Origin: Escherichia phage vB_EcoM_CRJP21
DNA length: 64,000 nucleotides
Reading direction: 5' to 3' (one strand)
Sequence record: OQ708376.1
The notes beneath the pieces were generated by a model. That model was not told where the DNA came from. It saw nothing but the letters and a program-made list of their open reading frames with translations, and did no database searches. The position numbers and the translations under genes are program-made. This document shows, in pieces, positions 58,229 to 64,000 of the stretch. Each line of letters begins with the position of its first letter. The first letter of the stretch is position 1.

Positions 58229-58801
58229 ATGAATCGTAAAGGTCGTTTTAAAGTATCAAAAAAGAACAAAAGTTCTAGGTTTAAACCTATTGTTTTAACA
58301 GTTAAATCTAACAAAGATTTAACTGCACTTAGTAAAAAGATAATTTCATCTAAGATTGAAGTATCATACGTAAATTCATTAAAATATATGAATGTCAAAC
58401 CACTGGACCAACTCATTTCACTTATATTTGAACGTAATGATTTTGAGATATCAGTAGATGATTATAGAGCCTATAATGCTGGTTTCATTAATGTTACTTG
58501 TAATAAAAAACTAACTGAGTTGGAAAATTTGTCATGTATAATAAATCTAGATAAAGGTGTTGTGAAGTACCATTTTGTACATTTCACTAATATCAATAAT
58601 GGAATGGGTGTACAATCCAGACCTATAGTGCCTACGTGTGATGTTACTAAATTAGCAAAGCTCAATGATGAAGAATATTTTCAAGAAAGCATTGTAACTG
58701 AGCATTTAGATGATATAATAGCTACTTACAAAGAATGCATATGGGTGTTGAATGCTATAAAACCTAAATTGTGTTTAATGAATATTGTTCGTGATTTATG
58801 A
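58229..58801 (+). CDS. FFQxS-motif paralog family member (divergent)
   Basis: Motif instance NDEEYFQESIVTEHLDDI; start moved to ATG 58229 behind TGAGGAAA. Confidence 0.5.
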   Translation: MNRKGRFKVSKKNKSSRFKPIVLTVKSNKDLTALSKKIISSKIEVSYVNSLKYMNVKPLDQLISLIFERNDFEISVDDYRAYNAGFINVTCNKKLTELENLSCIINLDKGVVKYHFVHFTNINNGMGVQSRPIVPTCDVTKLAKLNDEEYFQESIVTEHLDDIIATYKECIWVLNAIKPKLCLMNIVRDL

Positions 58802-58814
58802 ATGGGGAATCGTA

Positions 58815-59258
58815 ATGAGTTGGGTAAATGTTAATAGTATTGAACTTAACGAACAAGATATTTTTGCATTTGTAAATTTAACTAATAACACAGTACTAAA
58901 AGGGCGTTTGTTCAGTGCTAGTGATGGGTACAAATGGATCTCTTTGATGGATGATAGTGGTGTGATTTATAATGTAATGCAATTACCCCAATGGGTATAT
59001 AGTAACACTGCTGACGATGTTCTTACCGCAGTTATGCGTGAGTTTGAAAAACTCCCAGGTGGTGATATCAAAAACAAAGTTTTTAATGCAGAACGTAAAA
59101 ATTATACAGCACAGCAATTGGAATCCCTTGCCATTGCTGCTTATCAAGCTGCTATTAAGAAGCCAGAGTGCGTTATTCTTAAGTATGTACCAGACTTAAA
59201 ACTTACGTTGGAAGACATGGATGCATTCATTTTTACATCTGAACTTGAACAGTACTAA
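58815..59258 (+). CDS. Hypothetical protein (147 aa)
   Basis: Track 58785..59258; start moved to ATG 58815 behind GGGGAA. Confidence 0.5.
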   Translation: MSWVNVNSIELNEQDIFAFVNLTNNTVLKGRLFSASDGYKWISLMDDSGVIYNVMQLPQWVYSNTADDVLTAVMREFEKLPGGDIKNKVFNAERKNYTAQQLESLAIAAYQAAIKKPECVILKYVPDLKLTLEDMDAFIFTSELEQY

Positions 59259-59266
59259 TTTAACTT

Positions 59267-59337
59267 TGGGACAACCATTCTTATTATGATATAATGTTTT
59301 ATGTCATTCGATATAAATGACAACGGAACTATAAATA
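59267..59337 (+). promoter_or_regulatory. Tandem early (sigma-70-type) and T4-type late (TATAAATA) promoters
   Basis: TGGGAC, 17 bp spacer, TGATATAATGTTTT; then exact TATAAATA at 59330..59337, about 37 nt before the ATG at 59374. Confidence 0.5.
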
Positions 59338-59373
59338 TTATAGTAAAATTTATCTCTTATAGGAGTTATAAAA

Positions 59374-59757
59374 ATGGTTGATAAATGGAATAAGAAAGAT
59401 CCATCACATGATGTTGATATTTCTGGTCTAGACAATGCACATAAGCACAAGTATCTAGATTCACTAGGTCTTCTAAAACCAGACCAAAGTCTTGCACATG
59501 ATCGTCCATCCCGTGAAAAAGCATTTAGCCTAGAATCACTAGGTCATGAGCTTAATCGTGTGTTTGAGGATCACCCAATCTATGTACGTGATATTATCGA
59601 GAAACTTAAAGTAACTCCTAAAGAGCACTTTAAAGCAACTGTACACTCTGCATTCCGTGCATTGCATGATTCTCTAAAGAAAACTCACAATCTTCGTAAA
59701 ATTCATGATGAAATCGTGAATGCAATCGAAAGTGAAAAACATAAGTTCAAGAAGTAA
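59374..59757 (+). CDS. Hypothetical protein (127 aa) with SLGLL module; probable late gene
   Basis: KHKYLDSLGLLKPDQ resembles KLRYVNSLGLLNATQ in the 60028 gene; TATAAATA box upstream. Confidence 0.55.
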   Translation: MVDKWNKKDPSHDVDISGLDNAHKHKYLDSLGLLKPDQSLAHDRPSREKAFSLESLGHELNRVFEDHPIYVRDIIEKLKVTPKEHFKATVHSAFRALHDSLKKTHNLRKIHDEIVNAIESEKHKFKK

Positions 59758-59762
59758 TAAAA

Positions 59763-59796
59763 AGGGGTTGACTAAGGTCAGCCCTTTGTTGTATCA
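59763..59796 (+). terminator. Terminator hairpin with embedded -35 (composite module)
   Basis: GGGGTTGAC-TAAG-GTCAGCCC then TTTGTTGT; embedded TTGACT followed 18 bp later by TATCAT. Confidence 0.6.
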
Positions 59797-59826
59797 TAAC
59801 TTCTCAATATAACTGAGGTATCATAT

Positions 59827-59940
59827 ATGCAAGGTTTGAAATTTGTAGTTGCTGCACTCATCGCCGCAGTTCTGGTTGGTGGTGTATTCTATGTAGTGGA
59901 TCAAAAAGTAAATCCACCTGCACAAGAACAATCTAAGTAA
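59827..59940 (+). CDS. Small membrane peptide (37 aa)
   Basis: RBS TGAGGTA then ATG; MQGLKFVVAALIAAVLVGGVFYVV; flanked by terminators; not in the ORF track. Confidence 0.4.
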   Translation: MQGLKFVVAALIAAVLVGGVFYVVDQKVNPPAQEQSK

Positions 59941-59948
59941 CAAAATAA

Positions 59949-59986
59949 GGTTGACTTCGGTCAGCCTTTTCTTTATACTATAAATA
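59949..59986 (+). terminator. UUCG-tetraloop terminator fused to an early promoter and a T4-type late promoter box
   Basis: GGTTGAC-TTCG-GTCAGCC then TTTTCTTT; embedded TTGACT, 17 bp spacer, TATACT; exact TATAAATA at 59979..59986. Confidence 0.65.
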
Positions 59987-60027
59987 TAGTCATAGAGAAA
60001 AAAATGAAATCTATGGAGAGAAATCAA

Positions 60028-61515
60028 ATGCCAAGTAATTTTACTGATAAAAATGGTGGTAACATGGCTGGTCACTCTGATAAATGGAGTGAACGCAACC
60101 GCCGTCCAAATAGTTATCAAGCAGGTCAAGGTTCACGTGGGTCACGTAACCAAGGAACTGGTCTAGCTGGTAAAGCAAACGCAGAAGCAGGTGAAGTTAA
60201 GAGTACTGAGAACATGACTGAGCTAGAAAAGCTACGTTATGTTAACTCATTAGGTCTTCTTAACGCAACACAAAAACAACGCCTTGCTGATATGGAACGT
60301 GCTGAGAAAGAACAAGCAGTTCCTAAAGAAGAACCAAAAGCAGAAGTACCTAAAGCTGCTAACCCTGTTAAAGAGTTATCAGATAACTTAGGTAAGATCT
60401 TTGCTAACAAACCACAGTTGATTCAGGGTATTGTCAAAGCACTACAGGCAGTTCCTAAAGAAGAACTCAAAGGTAAAGCACAAGCTGTACTTGATGTAAT
60501 GAAAGGTAATAAGAGCACTGAACCAACTGAAGTATTCAGTACTATCATGCGTGCACTTGAAGGTACACACAAAGAAGATTCCAAAGAACCTGAACAGGGT
60601 GAAGCAAGTCTTGATGGTATTCTTAAAACTTTTGATAATATTGGTAAAGCAGACCGTGCTAATGCCCAGCAAGTCAAGAATGTACTGGCTAAACTTGAAA
60701 ACCGTTTAGAAGGTAAAGACAATAAGGTTAAGCTCGTATCAGATGCAGTTAACAGTGCACTTAAATCTTATGTACAAGGTGAGAAAAGTCGCTTCGTAAC
60801 AGCTATGGATGCTGCATTCAACACTATGAAAAAGTATGAAGCAGAACATGGTGAGAAGGTAACACCAGATGGTTATCTAAAGCGTGCAGATGAAGAGGGT
60901 GCAGTTGAACAGAAAGATGTTGAGCCTGAGCAAGAAGAAATACCTGATACCGTTGATATGGATGGATACATTCATCGTCCTGAGATGGAAGAGTTTGGGT
61001 CAGATAAAGAAGGTTTTGAACATGCAATGGCAGTATATAAAGCATTAGTTAAAAATCCAGATTATGCTAACCGTTTTGTTGACGAGTTTGATAGTGCATG
61101 GAATAACTACAAAGAGAAAGGTTATGACTTCCCTGCTGAAGCTGCATTCTTTGAACTTGGTAAACTATTAGCTAAACATGGAATTGACGTTGGTTCATCT
61201 GATTCCGAAGGTATGGAAGAAGAACATCTTGAAATGACCGATAAATCAATTCATGAACTTCAAAAGCTAATGATGTGGATATCCGAGATTGGCAAAAAAG
61301 CAGGTGCTGATCGTAAAAGTATCAACAAAAACATTAGTTGGATTAAAGATAATGTTGGTAACAATGCTCGTAAACTTCAAAAGGCGTGGGCTGATTTAGT
61401 AAATGGTGCAGATGATGTTGACATTGAATCACCAGAAGCATATGAGTATGCACTAACTACACTTGATAACTCATTCAAAGAGTACGACAGTGGTGTTGGA
61501 AAGGATAAAAAATAA
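60028..61515 (+). CDS. Large charged hypothetical protein (about 495 aa) with SLGLL module; probable late gene
   Basis: Track 60004..61515; start moved to ATG 60028 behind GGAGAGAAA; Lys/Glu-rich; visibly higher GC than its neighbours; TATAAATA late box about 42 nt upstream. Confidence 0.6.
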   Translation: MPSNFTDKNGGNMAGHSDKWSERNRRPNSYQAGQGSRGSRNQGTGLAGKANAEAGEVKSTENMTELEKLRYVNSLGLLNATQKQRLADMERAEKEQAVPKEEPKAEVPKAANPVKELSDNLGKIFANKPQLIQGIVKALQAVPKEELKGKAQAVLDVMKGNKSTEPTEVFSTIMRALEGTHKEDSKEPEQGEASLDGILKTFDNIGKADRANAQQVKNVLAKLENRLEGKDNKVKLVSDAVNSALKSYVQGEKSRFVTAMDAAFNTMKKYEAEHGEKVTPDGYLKRADEEGAVEQKDVEPEQEEIPDTVDMDGYIHRPEMEEFGSDKEGFEHAMAVYKALVKNPDYANRFVDEFDSAWNNYKEKGYDFPAEAAFFELGKLLAKHGIDVGSSDSEGMEEEHLEMTDKSIHELQKLMMWISEIGKKAGADRKSINKNISWIKDNVGNNARKLQKAWADLVNGADDVDIESPEAYEYALTTLDNSFKEYDSGVGKDKK

Positions 61516-61525
61516 ACATTTAAAA

Positions 61526-61550
61526 GGTTGACTTCGGTCAACCTTTTTTT
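61526..61550 (+). terminator. UUCG-tetraloop terminator
   Basis: GGTTGAC-TTCG-GTCAACC followed by TTTTTTT. Confidence 0.75.
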
Positions 61551-61586
61551 GTAAATATAAAAGAGGAATTAAGAAGAGGGATTACA

Positions 61587-61838
61587 ATGAAAAAATATAT
61601 TATATTTGGAATTGTATTATTTTCCAGTACTAGTTATGGTGCAGATTATCATTGCTCCGTAGCAAGACAGGATTTCAGAAATGGGGATTTCTATACCACT
61701 TCATACACAAAAGGAATAATACACGACATCGACACAACTATTGGATTTAATGCATTTGATAACAAAGATTCATATACTTCAGGTATACTATCTGAGCGTA
61801 AGACTGATGTAATGGGAATAGAAAAAGAGTTCCGGTGA
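61587..61838 (+). CDS. Small secreted protein (83 aa)
   Basis: Signal peptide MKKYIIFGIVLFSSTSYGA. Confidence 0.5.
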   Translation: MKKYIIFGIVLFSSTSYGADYHCSVARQDFRNGDFYTTSYTKGIIHDIDTTIGFNAFDNKDSYTSGILSERKTDVMGIEKEFR

Positions 61839-61848
61839 TTCAGTAGCA

Positions 61849-62172
61849 ATGTGCAATGACATTGAAAGTACTAAAACAATTTATTATAATAATGAACGTA
61901 ATTATCGTTTTCATAATTTAACCACAAATAAAAGTTTACTATTTTACAATTGTAAAGAAGTAAAACTCCCACCCGACAATAGCTGTAACCCGACGAACCC
62001 ATCACCAGCACAATGTAATACTCAATCTGAACCTGATAACAATAAAAAAGACAAAGATAAAGATAAAAAAGAAGACAAAAAACCTTTAAAAGATAAAAAG
62101 AAAGATAAAAAACCTAATCCGTTTAAAAATAATAAACCAGCACAACCCGATATGACGTGTAAAATAAAATAA
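61849..62172 (+). CDS. Cys- and Lys-rich low-complexity protein (107 aa)
   Basis: KDKDKDKKEDKKPLKDKKKDKKPNP repeat tract; several Cys residues. Confidence 0.4.
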   Translation: MCNDIESTKTIYYNNERNYRFHNLTTNKSLLFYNCKEVKLPPDNSCNPTNPSPAQCNTQSEPDNNKKDKDKDKKEDKKPLKDKKKDKKPNPFKNNKPAQPDMTCKIK

Positions 62173-62181
62173 GGATATATA

Positions 62182-62601
62182 ATGAAAAAGATTTTTTTAA
62201 GTATTATTTTAGTACTTTTTAGTTTTAATGTATATGCAGCAGATGCTAAACAGGTTGCAAATACAGTAAAAGATGTTATAGTAGATAATGCTCCTACATT
62301 AGAGGAAATTGGGGTAAAAACTTGTGATATAGTAATATATAATTTAGTTAATGATGAACGAGTTATGTTGAATACGTATGAACAAGTAGTCCCATTGGTT
62401 GAATCTGGTGATGCTTTTAGCTTTACATATAAAGTTAAATTAACAGGAGGGGTTGAAGTTAATCTTGACATTGATACCGCTTCAGTACTAAAAGATAAAC
62501 TAGGATATGTGTTCAATCGTATTCGTGAAGAAGGTCATCTTAAGTATGTTTATGAAAGTAAAATACTAAAACGTGCAATAGTTATAGAAAACTGTAAATG
62601 A
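62182..62601 (+). CDS. Secreted protein (139 aa)
   Basis: Signal peptide MKKIFLSIILVLFSFNVYAADA; RBS TAAGGATA. Confidence 0.55.
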   Translation: MKKIFLSIILVLFSFNVYAADAKQVANTVKDVIVDNAPTLEEIGVKTCDIVIYNLVNDERVMLNTYEQVVPLVESGDAFSFTYKVKLTGGVEVNLDIDTASVLKDKLGYVFNRIREEGHLKYVYESKILKRAIVIENCK

Positions 62602-62609
62602 TAATAAAA

Positions 62610-62642
62610 GGGTTGACTTCGGTCAGCCTTTTTTGTTATGAT
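62610..62642 (+). terminator. UUCG-tetraloop terminator with embedded -35 (composite module)
   Basis: GGGTTGAC-TTCG-GTCAGCC then TTTTTT; embedded TTGACT followed 18 bp later by TATGAT. Confidence 0.7.
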
Positions 62643-62670
62643 GTTGATATTAACTACAGAGGATAAAGTA

Positions 62671-63312
62671 ATGACTAAGCAAGAAATATTCAAAACTTTA
62701 ATTGACATTTTGCGTCCATCAAAAACTCGTTGTGCGATGGAGTTTGATATTCCTTATGCTGAACGCGTAATCTTTCCACAAGTTAAAGCTGCTGGACTTA
62801 CTTTGCTTGGAATGGGGATGTACTCTGTAGTAGTTGAACATAAAAACTATCCTGGACGAGCATTTAAAGTAACCACTTCACGCTGGGATGGTTTTCGTGC
62901 TTATGCAAAGTACTGCATTGAAAACGCAGGAACCAAGTTTCTTCCAGTGATCTACAGTGCCAACGAACAAGGAAACTTTGGATGGTATGAGATGGACAAG
63001 TACTATCCTATAATTAAACAAAAAAATAATTATGATGACTTTGTTAGTACTAAAATTGGAGATTTGTATTCGTATGCACATGCTGGTCAGTACGCAACTT
63101 CAGTGAATGATATGCGTGGAAATTCTGAAGAGATTGCTATTGCAACGGTCGCTGCTAACATCATGAAAGAGTTTCACGGGCGTTTTGTACCAGACATTCA
63201 TTCAAGTAATGTGATGATGGATAAAGATGGGAATGTATTCATTACTGATCCTCTTTCGTGTGATGTGCGTAGAGAAATACCAATTACTGAAGAAGATCCA
63301 GTTTTTTATTGA
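62671..63312 (+). CDS. Putative atypical protein-kinase-like protein
   Basis: AFKV (VAIK-like lysine), DIHSSNVMMD (HxDxxxxN-like catalytic loop) and FITDP (DFG-like); track start 62638 lies in the terminator U-tract, so ATG 62671 behind AGAGGATAA was used. Confidence 0.45.
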   Translation: MTKQEIFKTLIDILRPSKTRCAMEFDIPYAERVIFPQVKAAGLTLLGMGMYSVVVEHKNYPGRAFKVTTSRWDGFRAYAKYCIENAGTKFLPVIYSANEQGNFGWYEMDKYYPIIKQKNNYDDFVSTKIGDLYSYAHAGQYATSVNDMRGNSEEIAIATVAANIMKEFHGRFVPDIHSSNVMMDKDGNVFITDPLSCDVRREIPITEEDPVFY

Positions 63313-63373
63313 CAGAACTGATGTTCTGATGTATTCTTAATAAACCATAAAAATTGCGGTAAAGGATAAAATC

Positions 63374-63655
63374 ATGCGTTCATTTGAAAACTTAATAGGT
63401 AAGCATCTTTTATCTGAAATTGATGCAGACGTTAAAGAATTATCCAAATCAAAAAGTTACATTCATTTGGATGAACTGTTTGTTAAGTACGGTGAGATTG
63501 GTTTTAAGTCATTATTTGTTTTTACTATGAAAGTACATAGTTTAAAGTACTTCGATTTGAGTGCTAAAGATGGTGAACCGAATCTATATTACATGTATTA
63601 CCTTAAGAACAAAGATGAAGCTAATACATTACTCTCTGAATATATATTGGGGTAA
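63374..63655 (+). CDS. Hypothetical protein (93 aa)
   Basis: ORF with RBS AAAGGATAA. Confidence 0.5.
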   Translation: MRSFENLIGKHLLSEIDADVKELSKSKSYIHLDELFVKYGEIGFKSLFVFTMKVHSLKYFDLSAKDGEPNLYYMYYLKNKDEANTLLSEYILG

Positions 63656-63657
63656 AA

Positions 63658-63996
63658 ATGGAACAATATTTTGAATTAATAAACAAAGTATCATTTTATG
63701 TAGTATCTTTGGTTTGGGTGTATTATATGTTTTGCTATATTATTGCATTCTTCCGATACACTACTTTATATGAACGTATCTACTATGATGCCCCAATTTC
63801 ATTCTTGATGTTTTGTGCCTGTACGTGGGGAATATTAGAAGTACTGATATGTGGGTATAGTACTGATGAATTAAATCTGGTATCGGTGTTGACTGGGTTT
63901 TCATTTGTTGTTATGATAGCTGCCGTTCCAGTATGGTTGTTCTTTGGACTAGTTCATCGCATTGATATATGGCGTTCTAATATCCCTGAAAAGTAA
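63658..63996 (+). CDS. Multi-pass membrane protein (112 aa)
   Basis: Hydrophobic helices (FYVVSLVWVYYMFCYIIAFF, FLMFCACTWGILEVLICGY, VSVLTGFSFVVMIAAVPVWLFFGLV). Confidence 0.5.
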   Translation: MEQYFELINKVSFYVVSLVWVYYMFCYIIAFFRYTTLYERIYYDAPISFLMFCACTWGILEVLICGYSTDELNLVSVLTGFSFVVMIAAVPVWLFFGLVHRIDIWRSNIPEK

Positions 63997-64000
63997 GGAT

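Noticed and set aside
60423-61045. Three minus-strand ORFs inside the 60028..61515 gene
   Set aside because: Antisense ORFs favoured by the locally higher GC; the plus-strand gene has an RBS, a late promoter box and flanking terminators.
62022-62516. Minus-strand 164 aa ORF spanning two plus-strand genes
   Set aside because: Runs antisense across the low-complexity Lys-rich repeat and the signal-peptide gene; the translation is repeat-driven low complexity.

Overview
This 64 kb window reads as an early/accessory region of a T4-like (Straboviridae-like) phage: about 33-35% GC, almost entirely plus-strand, tightly packed with small ORFs that often overlap by ATGA/TAATG junctions. Recognisable genes are few: a 5'-truncated GyrA-like topoisomerase II subunit, a GroES-like co-chaperonin, a gp44-like clamp-loader ATPase, a HAD 5'(3')-deoxyribonucleotidase, a DexA-like exonuclease, a NADAR-like protein, a C5-cytosine methyltransferase, a sigma-70-family sigma factor, an HNH endonuclease and a kinase-like protein. 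Seven tRNA genes sit in an island at 32.1-35.8 kb. Transcription signals are dense: many sigma-70-type early promoters (TTGACA-17-TATAAT, often TGTGATATAATGTTT), three T4-type late promoters (TATAAATA) and numerous intrinsic terminators, five of them a repeated UUCG-tetraloop hairpin that also supplies a -35 box. The most striking feature is a family of at least 20 small paralogous proteins (117-198 aa) sharing a C-terminal TEExFFQxS[TL][IV]xD module, arranged in tandem arrays; I could not assign it to any family I know. Other leads are a five-copy MTHEEW mini-protein family interleaved with the tRNAs, a GC-rich ORF-free segment upstream of the HNH gene, an over-represented CAGTACTG palindrome in promoter spacers, a DnaE-like polymerase fragment and a cluster of secreted/lipoprotein/membrane proteins. 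All calls come from reading the sequence and recalled family motifs; no database search was run, and motif counts are by eye.
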